A DNA stretch of 45,627 nucleotides. Source: a virus. Its lineage: Duplodnaviria > Caudoviricetes. The stretch spans positions 1-45,627 of the IMG/VR virus record IMGVR_UViG_3300048599_000450; one strand, given 5' to 3'. Shown here one piece after another: positions 7,717 through 16,076 of this stretch. Within the stretch, counting starts at the first letter, position 1; each line of letters opens with the position of its first letter. The translations under genes were made by a program, and so were the position numbers. The notes below the pieces were generated by a model. The model was not told where the DNA came from. It saw only the letters and a program-made list of their open reading frames with translations, and made no database searches.

Positions 7717-9525
7717 ATGATCGACGCACTGGATGCCCAGGATGCTGCCGAGGACTTCTCGGCCGAAGGCCACTCCGATGCCGAGGCCGGCGCCGGCGCC
7801 CAGGTCAACAAGCTGACCGCACCGCTGGACCGCTTGCGCCCCGGCGGCGCCTTCAACGTCCGGACCGAGTACACGAAGGCCGAGATCGCGAGCCTTGCGG
7901 CGTCGATCCTGCACCAGCAGCAGCTCGCGCCGCTGATCGTCGCGCCCGACGGCAACACCTTCCTGGTCGGCGCCGGCAACCGGCGCCTGCGCGCCTTCCA
8001 GCTGCTGCAGAAGCAGGGCAAGATCAAGAAGACGCACCCGGTCTGGATCGAGCTCACCACCAAGGAACACCTGCGCGAGATCTCGCTGACCGAGAACGTG
8101 CAGCGCGTCGCGCTCCACCCGGTCGACGAGTTCGAGGCCTTCGAGCAGCTCGTCCAGGACGGTGCGACGATCTCGGCGATCGCCGATCGCTTCGGCCTGA
8201 CCGAGCGCGAGGTCCGGCAGCGCCTGGCGCTCGGCAAGCTCGCGCCCGAGATCCGCGAGGCCTGGCGCAAGGGCAAGATCGGCCAGGCGCAGGCCGAGGT
8301 CTTCACGCTAGCAGAGGACCACGAGCTGCAGCGGCGCGCCTTCAAGGAGTCGGTGCAGCAGAACGGCTATTTCAACGAGCATCGCGCCAAGGAAGTGCTG
8401 CGCGGCGAGCGGCTGCGCGCCGAGTCGCGCGAGTTCCGTTTCGTCGGCCGGGAGGCCTATCTTTCCGCCGGCGGCCGTCTCACCGAGAACCTGTTCAAGG
8501 ACGAGGCGCTCGTCGAGGATCCGAAGCTCGCCCTGCAGCTCGCCGACGAGAAGCTCGCCGCGGTGTGCCAGGCACTGGTCGCGGAGGCCGGATGGTCGTT
8601 TGCGAAGACGGATAGCACGCGGTCCGACTACGGCACGCTCGACCTGCTCCCGTTCGCGACGCCCGAGGAAAAGGCGCTCCTGACCGGCAAGAACAAGTTC
8701 GGTCACGAAGCCTGGCAGGCCAGGCACGCGCTGCATGCCCGCGTCGCCGAGATGCCGGAGGCTCGCTCGAAGTCAGGCGTGCTGGTGTCGATCTCCTATG
8801 ACGGCGAGGTCGAGCTCGCGACGCTGCAGGTGATGCTTGTGGCGCAGGGAGAGGCCGAAGGCGATGCCGAGGACGAAGACGACGGGCTGAGCGCCAGTGA
8901 CTTCGCCGGCGAGGAGGCCGAGACCGCGCCGGAGATCGAGCACGGCCTCAGCAAGGCGATGGAGGAGCGGCTTTCCGAGCAGCTCGGCCAGGCGGTGGCG
9001 CAATGCCTCGTCGGGGATGTCGATCTCGCACTCGCCGCGACCGTCGCGGCTCTGACCTCCGGCTACTGGGGCAACCCGTTCAAGATCCGGCTCGACGGCT
9101 CGCCGGCGCGCAAGCCCGCCCATACCGACGCCGCATTTCGCGAGCGGCTGGCCGCCTGCGTGCAGATGGACCGGCACACGCTCCTGACCGAGCTCGGCCG
9201 CGCGATCGGCGGCGCGCTCAACATCACCTCGACCAGCTGCGGCATCGACACGAAGCTCGCCGCCGGCCGGGACGAGCTGATCGGCGCTATGGACGCCGAC
9301 GCCTTCCAGCAGACCGTGCTCGACGTCTTCAATCCGGAGGAGTTCTTCGCGCAGGCGCCGGGCAAGATCGCCAAGGCCGCAGCGCTCGAGGCGAAGGCCG
9401 AGACGATCAACGGCAAGAAAGACGAACTCGCCGCCGCCGCGGCGACGATCGCGCGCGAGACCGGCTGGCTGCCGGCGCCGCTGCGCACCGTGCACTACGA
9501 CGCGCCCGCGGGAGGTGCAGCATGA
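7717..9525 (+). CDS. ParB/RepB/Spo0J family protein (long plasmid/phage type)
   Basis: NVR...LAASI...PLIV...GAGNRRLRA...SLTENVQRVALHPVDEFEAF...IADRFG..EREVRQRLALG. Confidence 0.9.
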   Translation: MIDALDAQDAAEDFSAEGHSDAEAGAGAQVNKLTAPLDRLRPGGAFNVRTEYTKAEIASLAASILHQQQLAPLIVAPDGNTFLVGAGNRRLRAFQLLQKQGKIKKTHPVWIELTTKEHLREISLTENVQRVALHPVDEFEAFEQLVQDGATISAIADRFGLTEREVRQRLALGKLAPEIREAWRKGKIGQAQAEVFTLAEDHELQRRAFKESVQQNGYFNEHRAKEVLRGERLRAESREFRFVGREAYLSAGGRLTENLFKDEALVEDPKLALQLADEKLAAVCQALVAEAGWSFAKTDSTRSDYGTLDLLPFATPEEKALLTGKNKFGHEAWQARHALHARVAEMPEARSKSGVLVSISYDGEVELATLQVMLVAQGEAEGDAEDEDDGLSASDFAGEEAETAPEIEHGLSKAMEERLSEQLGQAVAQCLVGDVDLALAATVAALTSGYWGNPFKIRLDGSPARKPAHTDAAFRERLAACVQMDRHTLLTELGRAIGGALNITSTSCGIDTKLAAGRDELIGAMDADAFQQTVLDVFNPEEFFAQAPGKIAKAAALEAKAETINGKKDELAAAAATIARETGWLPAPLRTVHYDAPAGGAA

Positions 9526-9752
9526 AAACGGTCAGCATTCCCGTCGAGATCGACGGCGAGCAGCTCGAAGCTGCTGCCGAGGCCGCCTGGTCGACCTTCC
9601 ACGATCTCCTGCGCCTGTCGAACCCCGGCATGCCGCTGAAGCAGCCGTGGAAGAAGGAGCACGAGAAGGTCAGGAGCCTCTACCGCGGCATGGTCCAGGC
9701 GGCTCACGCCGCAGTGGTCGCGGGGTTCGCACCAGAAGGAGACGCACAATGA
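9522..9752 (+). CDS. Phage hypothetical protein
   Basis: GGAGGT RBS, ATGA overlaps at both ends. Confidence 0.7.
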   Translation: MKTVSIPVEIDGEQLEAAAEAAWSTFHDLLRLSNPGMPLKQPWKKEHEKVRSLYRGMVQAAHAAVVAGFAPEGDAQ

Positions 9753-10114
9753 GCGGCTCCTGCCACTGGGCAGCGCCAGGCGTGCGCTGCGTCTGCATCG
9801 ACGACGACTGGGCCGAACTCTCGCGCGGCGGCTTTGCGATCCCTGTGCGCGTGCCGATGCAGGGCGAAGTTCTGACGGTGCGCGAGGCTAGGCCGCCGGC
9901 CCCGGATGCAACCTTCGGCGATCCAAAAGCGATCTATCTGGATTTCTGGGAGATCCCGATCCTGCAGAACGACGGCCCGCTGTCAGGGACGATCCGGTGG
10001 CTGGCTACGCAGTTTGAGCCGCTCGTCGAGCAGGAGACGGACATCTCGGTCTTCACCGAGATCCTCGACGCCGCACCGGTGCGGCAGACCGAGAAGGTCG
10101 GCGATGAGCGGTGA
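9749..10114 (+). CDS. Phage hypothetical protein
   Basis: AGGAGA RBS; CVCIDD...FEPLVEQETDISVFTEIL. Confidence 0.75.
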   Translation: MSGSCHWAAPGVRCVCIDDDWAELSRGGFAIPVRVPMQGEVLTVREARPPAPDATFGDPKAIYLDFWEIPILQNDGPLSGTIRWLATQFEPLVEQETDISVFTEILDAAPVRQTEKVGDER

Positions 10115-11198
10115 GTATGCGCCGGTGGATCCCGCCGCTCTGCAGGCGTCGATCGACGACATCGACGTCTTCCTGGATGGCGGCGTGCCTCTGGGCGAAG
10201 TCGTCAACCCGGTCGCCTTGGGTGAGTCCATCATGCTGGTCGTTCACGAGCTGAAGCGGCTTCGCGGCTCCCCGCCTTCCGCGCCTGCGGGGGTGAAGGT
10301 CAAGCCGCTGGAATACGCACGACCTTTCGGCAACGAGACGCTCACGCGAGCCGAGACCCTCATCGGCGATGCGATTGTCTGGACGCACCACGAGGCCAAC
10401 GGCTCATGGTTCTGGAAGCTCGGCGATATCGCATCCGGCACGGAGTCGAATGAAGCCGAAGCCAAGAAGATGCTGTGGGCGACCTACGAGTCCCGCATCC
10501 GTTCGTCCCTCCAGCCCGACACGCAGGCGGCGGCAGCCTCTGCACCAGCGGGGGATATTCAGGAGTTGGCATCCGCGAGTGTCCGGCCAGAGCCTAGCAG
10601 CGTGGAGCTACTGCGGCGTTGCCTCGATGTCCTCGAAGGGCTTGCGAAGGACGTGGATGCTTGCGCCCATCTCAACGACGATTTCAGTCAAACCTCGATC
10701 TGCACTGAAATCCGCCGTCATCTCGCGAAGCCCCCCGCCGGGGGCGTTTTCCAGAGGCTTTACGACAGCGAGATCAACTTCTCGGTCTCGACGTTTTGGG
10801 ATGGCGGCTTCGACGCCAAGCTCGGTGACGAACTGAACGGTTTCAATGCAGAGGCCAACGTTCGCACAATGCTGGAAGCAGAGGCGTGGCTAGAGAGGCA
10901 GGCTGCCGAGCTTTATCCGGCCAGCACGTTCGCGACCTCGCATAGTTCTGGCCAGAACCTCGCGGATGCCAACTCAATTGCCTCTGCACCAGCGCAGGCA
11001 GAAGCCTTGCCGGCTGGGGTGGCGCGAGACGAGGTGCGTCGAGCTGCGAGTGCATTGCTCAACAACCTCTGGATCGGCAACTACACCGGCTCGCGGTCCT
11101 TCGAAGAGAACTGGCGCGAGTTCGACCGGCGATACCCCGGCGTGAAGTGGCTTCACGAAGCCCTCTCCTCTGCACCAGCGCAGGAGGGGCGGTCGTGA
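10104..11198 (+). CDS. Mosaic multi-module phage hypothetical protein
   Basis: Coupled ORF; several distinct blocks separated by repeated SAPA linkers. Confidence 0.7.
   Translation: MSGEYAPVDPAALQASIDDIDVFLDGGVPLGEVVNPVALGESIMLVVHELKRLRGSPPSAPAGVKVKPLEYARPFGNETLTRAETLIGDAIVWTHHEANGSWFWKLGDIASGTESNEAEAKKMLWATYESRIRSSLQPDTQAAAASAPAGDIQELASASVRPEPSSVELLRRCLDVLEGLAKDVDACAHLNDDFSQTSICTEIRRHLAKPPAGGVFQRLYDSEINFSVSTFWDGGFDAKLGDELNGFNAEANVRTMLEAEAWLERQAAELYPASTFATSHSSGQNLADANSIASAPAQAEALPAGVARDEVRRAASALLNNLWIGNYTGSRSFEENWREFDRRYPGVKWLHEALSSAPAQEGRS
10537..11184 (+). repeat. Dispersed direct repeat CCTCTGCACCAGCG x3
   Basis: Copies at 10537-10550, 10981-10994 and 11167-11180; the last two extend to 18 bp with CAGG. 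Confidence 0.9.
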
Positions 11199-11896
11199 AG
11201 CTGCGTCCGTTCTTCCCGTTCTACGGTTCGAAATGGAATATCGCCCGCCACTACCCAGCCCCCACGCCCGGCCTCGTCGTAGAGCCGTTCGCTGGCGGGG
11301 CTGGCTACGCGACATTCTACGGCTGCTCGAATGTCATGCTGTTTGACGCGGACCCCATCATTGCCGGCGTTTGGGCATATCTTATCCGGTCATCAGCATC
11401 CGAGATCATGGCGTTGCCGGAACTGCCGGAGGTCGGCGATAGCGTCGACAACTATGCGCTTCCTCAAGAGGCAAAGTGGTTGATCGGCTTCTGGCTTAAC
11501 CGTGGCAGCGCCAGCCCGAAGAAGTCGCGCACGGCCTACTCGGCCAGAACCGACCGAGCTCAATTGAATTGGGGCCTCAAGGCGAAGGAGCGAATTGCCT
11601 CGCAGATCGACGCTATCCGGGGCTGGGAAGTGAGGCACGCTCCCTATCACGCCGCGCCCAATCTGGCTGCGACCTGGTTCGTCGATCCGCCGTATGGCGA
11701 CAAAGGACGCTTCTATCGAGTGAAGTTCAATGACTTCCACGCCCTCGGGGACTGGTGCCGCCAACGAACCGGCCGGCTCATCGCCTGCGAAGGGCCGGGC
11801 GCGAAATGGCTGCCGTTCACCGAGTTGGGCTCGTTCAAATCCACGAAGGGGCGAGCGACCGAGGTCGTGTGCGTCATCGACAGGGAGGCAGCATGA
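11195..11896 (+). CDS. Dam/D12-like DNA adenine methyltransferase (orphan)
   Basis: FPFYGSKW (motif X), EPFAGGAG (motif I), FVDPPY (motif IV) in alpha-class order. Confidence 0.85.
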   Translation: MKLRPFFPFYGSKWNIARHYPAPTPGLVVEPFAGGAGYATFYGCSNVMLFDADPIIAGVWAYLIRSSASEIMALPELPEVGDSVDNYALPQEAKWLIGFWLNRGSASPKKSRTAYSARTDRAQLNWGLKAKERIASQIDAIRGWEVRHAPYHAAPNLAATWFVDPPYGDKGRFYRVKFNDFHALGDWCRQRTGRLIACEGPGAKWLPFTELGSFKSTKGRATEVVCVIDREAA

Positions 11897-12372
11897 CCAC
11901 GAACACCGACACGCAGGCGCATGGGGGCGGGGTGGAGGCGGTGCGGACTTCGACGGACGTGCTGATCGACGATTGCTGGGAGGGGCTTTGCGAGCGCGAC
12001 GACCGCACATCGCCGGCTGAGTATCCCGACATGTGCCTCATCACTCACGCCGAACTAGCCGAATTCATGTCGCGCGCCGCCTCCCCGGCCGCACCAGCAC
12101 CTGCGGCGGGGGTGGAGCTTCCCGAGGAAATGACGCCGGCCATCGCTGATGCTCTAAGCATCATGCTTTGGACGAGCGGTTCACTGGCACGAGCTTACCG
12201 GGCAGTTGGCTTCGACATTCCCTGCAAGGCCGAAGCAGAGCAGGCTTTCGTCCTGTTCCGCACCCTCCGCTTCGCGATCCAGCACGGTGACGACTGGCGA
12301 GCGGCTGCACAGGACGAACTGACTAAGCTTCGCGCCGCCATCCCCGCCCCCGATGCGAAGGGGGAGCGGTGA
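11893..12372 (+). CDS. Phage hypothetical protein (two modules)
   Basis: GGAGG RBS, ATGA overlap; DDRTSPAEYPDMCLIT module plus DIPCKAEAEQAFV module joined by an APAPAAGV linker. Confidence 0.75.
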   Translation: MTTNTDTQAHGGGVEAVRTSTDVLIDDCWEGLCERDDRTSPAEYPDMCLITHAELAEFMSRAASPAAPAPAAGVELPEEMTPAIADALSIMLWTSGSLARAYRAVGFDIPCKAEAEQAFVLFRTLRFAIQHGDDWRAAAQDELTKLRAAIPAPDAKGER

Positions 12373-12632
12373 CGATGGGCGATCTCAGCCAGTTCGACCA
12401 AAGCGTCCTGAAGGCTATCGACCGCGGCAACAGCCCGGCGACTTACGTCATCCGCAACATGATGTCGTGGAAGAGCGATCACTGGGGCTGCGGCTTCTGG
12501 CCTGACCTCGCAACGTCCAAGGTTTTGCGCGCCTGCCGCCGCCTTCAGAAGCGCGGCCTGATCGAGGAAGCGCCGACGAGCTACGCGGTCATGAAATGCT
12601 GGCGATCGGTCGGAGGCGCCCATGCCGGCTGA
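12369..12632 (+). CDS. Hypothetical protein, winged-helix-like
   Basis: TYVIRN...TSKVLRACRRLQKRGLIE; coupled ORF. Confidence 0.7.
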   Translation: MTMGDLSQFDQSVLKAIDRGNSPATYVIRNMMSWKSDHWGCGFWPDLATSKVLRACRRLQKRGLIEEAPTSYAVMKCWRSVGGAHAG

Positions 12633-12978
12633 CACCGCGCGCCGTCTCGTCCACCTGATCGAAGGACTGCGGCTGCCGCTCTCGCGGGAGAAGGTGCTGC
12701 AGCGCGAGGTCGCGCCCTATCTCGACGGGTTCGGGACGAGCGTCCGGCGCGAGCACAACCTCGGCGACGGCGATATCATCGACTTCCTGGTCGACGGCGT
12801 CGGGCTCGAGTTCAAGATCAAGGGGCAGCGCCGGGCGATCTTCCGGCAGTGCGAGCGCTATTGCCGCCACGATGCCGTGCAGGCGCTGGTGCTGGCGACC
12901 AATGCGGCCATGGGGCTGCCCGCGACGATCGCCGGCAAGCCCGTGTTCGTCGCCAGCCTCGGGCGGGGGTGGTTATGA
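12622..12978 (+). CDS. PD-(D/E)xK nuclease-like protein
   Basis: EKVLQ...RREH...IDFLVDGVGLEFK...QCERY motif. Confidence 0.7.
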   Translation: MPADTARRLVHLIEGLRLPLSREKVLQREVAPYLDGFGTSVRREHNLGDGDIIDFLVDGVGLEFKIKGQRRAIFRQCERYCRHDAVQALVLATNAAMGLPATIAGKPVFVASLGRGWL

Positions 12979-14666
12979 ACGTCATTGCCCTGCCCTCCGC
13001 CTCGGCCGACCATTGCTATGGGGCGCTGCGCCACGAAAGCGGCCGCTGGGTGATGACCGGCGCACCGCCGCATGTCGCGCTGAAGCTAAAGGCCATGTTC
13101 CCCTTCATCCGAAAGGACCAGGTCGAGACCTTCGCTTTCCGCGACACGCCCGAGATCTGCTCGGACCTTGAATGGTTCACCCATCGCTATCCGATGCAGA
13201 TGACGCCGGAGGATCGCGCGCGGCTCATCGGCGGCAAGCGCGAATTCCTGCGCCGGCGCGACGCGGTCGAAGCCATCCTCCTGCCCGACTGGACGCCGCC
13301 GCCAGGGCACGGCCTGCGCGAAGGCATCTCGCTTTATCACGGCCAGGCGCAGGCGGTGGAGATGCTGCTGAGCACCGGCCGGCTGCTCTGCATGGACGAT
13401 GTCGGCCTCGGCAAGACGCTGGTCGCGCTCGGAGCCCTCGCCTCCTCGCCTCAGCATCTGCCGGCCGCGATCGTCGTGCAGGCCCACCTGCCCTCGCAAT
13501 GGGTGAAGGAGTTCATTGCGCCGTTCACGCATCTGCGCGCGCACATCATCGACAGCCGCACGCCCTATGACCTGCCGCCGGCGGATCTCTACATCTTCCG
13601 CTATTCGAACATCTCCGGCTGGGCCGATATCGCCGCGACCGGCCTGTTCAAGGCGGTCGTGTTCGACGAGATCCAGGAGCTGCGACACGGCACCGGCACC
13701 GCCAAGGGCGGCGCGGCCAAGGTGTTCAGCGACCATGCGACGCTGAAGCTCGGCCTCTCCGCCACGCCGATCTTCAATTACGGCTCCGAGATCTTCGCGA
13801 TCCTCGAATTCATCGCGCCCGGGATGCTGGGGGATTGGCTCGACTTCGTCCGCGAGTGGTGCGCCGGCTCGAATGGCAAATGGGTGGTCCGGGACCCCGA
13901 CGCGCTCGGCTCCTATCTGCGCGAGCTCCAGCTCGTCGTCCGGCGCACGCGCCAGGGCCGGAGGATCAACAGCCTCGTCATCGATGTCGAGAGCGACGCT
14001 GAGGTCGAGCAGGAGCACGAGGCGCTCGCCCGCTCGCTCGCCATGCGCGTCGTCAGCGGCTCCTTCGTCGATCGCGGCCAGGCGGCGCGCGAGCTCGACG
14101 CCTTCGCCAGGATGGTGACCGGCGTCGCCAAGGCCAAGAGCGTCGCCGCCTATGTCCGGATCCTGCTCGAGGCGGGCCAGCCCGTGATCCTCGCCGGCTG
14201 GCACCGCGACGTCTATGAGATCTGGCTGCGCGAGCTCGCGGCCTTCAAGCCCGTCCTCTACACGGGCTCCGAGTCGGCCGCGCAGAAGGACAAGGCCAAA
14301 GCCGCCTTCATCGCCGGCGAGACCGACCTCTTCATCATCTCCCTGCGCTCGGGCTCCGGCCTCGACGGGCTGCAGCACCGTTGCGCCACGGTCTGCATCG
14401 GCGAACTCGACTGGACGGCTGCCTCCTACGAGCAGCTCGTCGGCCGGGTCGATCGACCCGGGCAGACCGCGAGCGAAATCGACGCGCTCTATTTCGTCAG
14501 CGGCAGCGGCTCCGACCCCATCGTGATGGAGGTCAACGGCCTGAAGAAAGCCCAGGCCCGCGGCATCGTCGACCCGCTCGCCGGTGTCGCCGAGACCTAT
14601 TCGAACGAGTCGCGGATCAAGCTGCTGGCGCAGCGCTATCTCGAAAAGCAGGAGGCCCAGCCCTGA
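12975..14666 (+). CDS. SNF2-family helicase/ATPase
   Basis: DDVGLGKT, VFDEIQ, LSATP, SGSGLDGLQ, QLVGRVDRPGQ motifs. Confidence 0.92.
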   Translation: MNVIALPSASADHCYGALRHESGRWVMTGAPPHVALKLKAMFPFIRKDQVETFAFRDTPEICSDLEWFTHRYPMQMTPEDRARLIGGKREFLRRRDAVEAILLPDWTPPPGHGLREGISLYHGQAQAVEMLLSTGRLLCMDDVGLGKTLVALGALASSPQHLPAAIVVQAHLPSQWVKEFIAPFTHLRAHIIDSRTPYDLPPADLYIFRYSNISGWADIAATGLFKAVVFDEIQELRHGTGTAKGGAAKVFSDHATLKLGLSATPIFNYGSEIFAILEFIAPGMLGDWLDFVREWCAGSNGKWVVRDPDALGSYLRELQLVVRRTRQGRRINSLVIDVESDAEVEQEHEALARSLAMRVVSGSFVDRGQAARELDAFARMVTGVAKAKSVAAYVRILLEAGQPVILAGWHRDVYEIWLRELAAFKPVLYTGSESAAQKDKAKAAFIAGETDLFIISLRSGSGLDGLQHRCATVCIGELDWTAASYEQLVGRVDRPGQTASEIDALYFVSGSGSDPIVMEVNGLKKAQARGIVDPLAGVAETYSNESRIKLLAQRYLEKQEAQP

Positions 14667-14668
14667 CC

Positions 14669-14932
14669 ATGCCGCCCGCCGCTGGACCGATCACCATGGC
14701 CGAACTGGAGCTGCGTCTCGAGCGCGCCGCCCAGGCCGAGACCTTCGGCCTCAACGAGCTTGAGTTGCTCGCAGCGCGCCCGAACGCCGAACCGGTCTTC
14801 GGGGAGGCGCTCTTCGAGGTGAGGCGGCAGGCCATGGCGCTGGCGATGGCGGCACGCGTCGCCAGGGCCTTGCGCGCGCGGCCGGAGCTCGCGCTCGGGC
14901 TCGGCATCCCGACGGAGACCGCCGTATCGTGA
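14669..14932 (+). CDS. Phage hypothetical protein
   Basis: Fills gap; GTGA overlap with the next gene. Confidence 0.6.
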   Translation: MPPAAGPITMAELELRLERAAQAETFGLNELELLAARPNAEPVFGEALFEVRRQAMALAMAARVARALRARPELALGLGIPTETAVS

Positions 14933-15156
14933 CCGTCGCCACAGCCAACCATTTCCTCGTCAGCTGCAGGCCGTGCGGCTGCGTCTGGTCGCTGACGACT
15001 CTGCCCGTTCCCATCGACTTCATGGTGAAGTTGACGAGGCGGTCGCAGTGCCCGCGCTGCGATTCCGGCAGTCGGCAGCATGTGCTCGCCAACGCGGCCG
15101 AGGCGACCACCTGGGCCCAGGAGCAGCAAGCAAATGCCGCTGCGGGCAGCTCATGA
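14929..15156 (+). CDS. Small zinc-ribbon protein
   Basis: CRPC and CPRC pairs; coupled at both ends. Confidence 0.7.
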   Translation: MTVATANHFLVSCRPCGCVWSLTTLPVPIDFMVKLTRRSQCPRCDSGSRQHVLANAAEATTWAQEQQANAAAGSS

Positions 15157-16076
15157 TCCGGACCGGCCTCTTCCGCTTCGTCCCGCATCCGCAGATCGAC
15201 GCCTATCATCGGCGCGGCTGGATGATCGTCGCCGAGCTCGGCCCAACGCATGGCTCATGGTCGGTGCTCATGTGGCGCTGCGATTGCGACAACCCGGCCG
15301 ACCGCGATTCAGGCGACCCGCCTGTTGGTCAGGCTCGCCTTCGCGGCCGCCGCGAGAAAGCCAGAGCGGGACAGCCCGCGCGCGGCGGCGCCCTGGTCGA
15401 TCTGGCGCAGCAGGGCTTCGTCGAGCGTGATGTTGATGCGCACGGCCTTCTCAGGCACCGGGATCGGCATGGCGTAGGCGGCGGCGCCGGCGACGTCCTC
15501 GGCCATGGCCGGATCAGTCATGATATCGCCGGGAGAGCGCAGGAACGGCATGGGCTCGCCATCCTCCACCATGCCCTCGATATGCAGGCGCAGGGCCTGC
15601 TCGCCGCGCACGGCGACATCGTCGAAGCTACCGCCGGTGCTGATGCAGCCGGGGAAGTCCGGGAAGGAGATACCGAAGTTCTCCCCCTCCTGATGGATCA
15701 AGGCAGTCACGAACTTCATTTCAGCCTCCTTGGTGCCGGGGCAGGGTCACCACCCCCACCCTGCCTGCTTGTAGATCGACCGCAGCGTCCCCGTCGGTAT
15801 CTCGCGCGATCCGGTGTCGATCGTCACGCGGCCGGGGCGCGTCGGGTGCTTGTACTGGACGTGGTCGCCGGGGCCCTTGCGAACGATCGCCCAGCCCTCG
15901 GCCCGAAGCCTCGCTTCGATGTCCCGGCGCTGGTTGCTGTGTTCGTTTCGTCCCATCGGCCTCGCCCCTGCTGTCTGAGTATTTATACTCACCGACCGCA
16001 GGCGCGTCAAGTGTCGATGTGTATAATTACACACTCAATCGATCATTGCGCCCCCAGACCGGCGAGGTCGATTTGA
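15153..16076 (+). CDS. Small phage protein whose frame stays open through the antisense hicAB cassette
   Basis: ATGA start; first ~50 aa (MIRTGLFRFVPH...GWMIVAELGPTHGSWSVLMWRCDC) look like a real protein; next stop is at 16074-16076. Confidence 0.5.
   Translation: MIRTGLFRFVPHPQIDAYHRRGWMIVAELGPTHGSWSVLMWRCDCDNPADRDSGDPPVGQARLRGRREKARAGQPARGGALVDLAQQGFVERDVDAHGLLRHRDRHGVGGGAGDVLGHGRISHDIAGRAQERHGLAILHHALDMQAQGLLAAHGDIVEATAGADAAGEVREGDTEVLPLLMDQGSHELHFSLLGAGAGSPPPPCLLVDRPQRPRRYLARSGVDRHAAGARRVLVLDVVAGALANDRPALGPKPRFDVPALVAVFVSSHRPRPCCLSIYTHRPQARQVSMCIITHSIDHCAPRPARSI
15309..15719 (-). CDS. hicB: HicB antitoxin
   Basis: FGISFPDFPGCISTG...ALRLHIEGMVEDGE plus C-terminal RHH RINITLDEALLRQID...LSRSGFL; AGGAGG RBS. 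Confidence 0.95.
   Translation of the reverse strand: MKFVTALIHQEGENFGISFPDFPGCISTGGSFDDVAVRGEQALRLHIEGMVEDGEPMPFLRSPGDIMTDPAMAEDVAGAAAYAMPIPVPEKAVRINITLDEALLRQIDQGAAARGLSRSGFLAAAAKASLTNRRVA
15747..15956 (-). CDS. hicA: HicA toxin (dsRBD-fold RNase)
   Basis: LRAEGW...GDHVQYKHP...GRVT...IPTGTLRSIYKQAGW. Confidence 0.95.
   Translation of the reverse strand: MGRNEHSNQRRDIEARLRAEGWAIVRKGPGDHVQYKHPTRPGRVTIDTGSREIPTGTLRSIYKQAGWGW
15976..16033 (-). promoter_or_regulatory. hicAB promoter with two palindromic operators
   Basis: Minus-strand TTGACG-N17-TATAAA (16010-15982); palindromes TGAGTA-N4-TACTCA (15976-15991) and TGTGTA-N4-TACACA (16018-16033). Confidence 0.85.

Noticed and set aside
6702-8345. 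547-aa minus-strand ORF and similar long antisense ORFs (13086..14378, 19991..21121, 21137..22411, 26033..27952, 28824..30638, 35819..36955)
   Set aside because: They lie opposite well-supported phage genes, have no RBS, coupling or motifs, and are expected shadow frames in high-GC DNA.
10516-11919. Dispersed repeats as a CRISPR array or DGR template/variable repeat
   Set aside because: Repeats are 14-18 bp, irregularly spaced and in coding frame; no cas or reverse transcriptase gene, and no adenine-specific mismatched repeat pair seen.
11195-12978. Methylase plus nuclease as a type II restriction-modification system
   Set aside because: The genes are separated by two ORFs, the nuclease is only 118 aa and coupled to the helicase, and both are in the lytic early operon.
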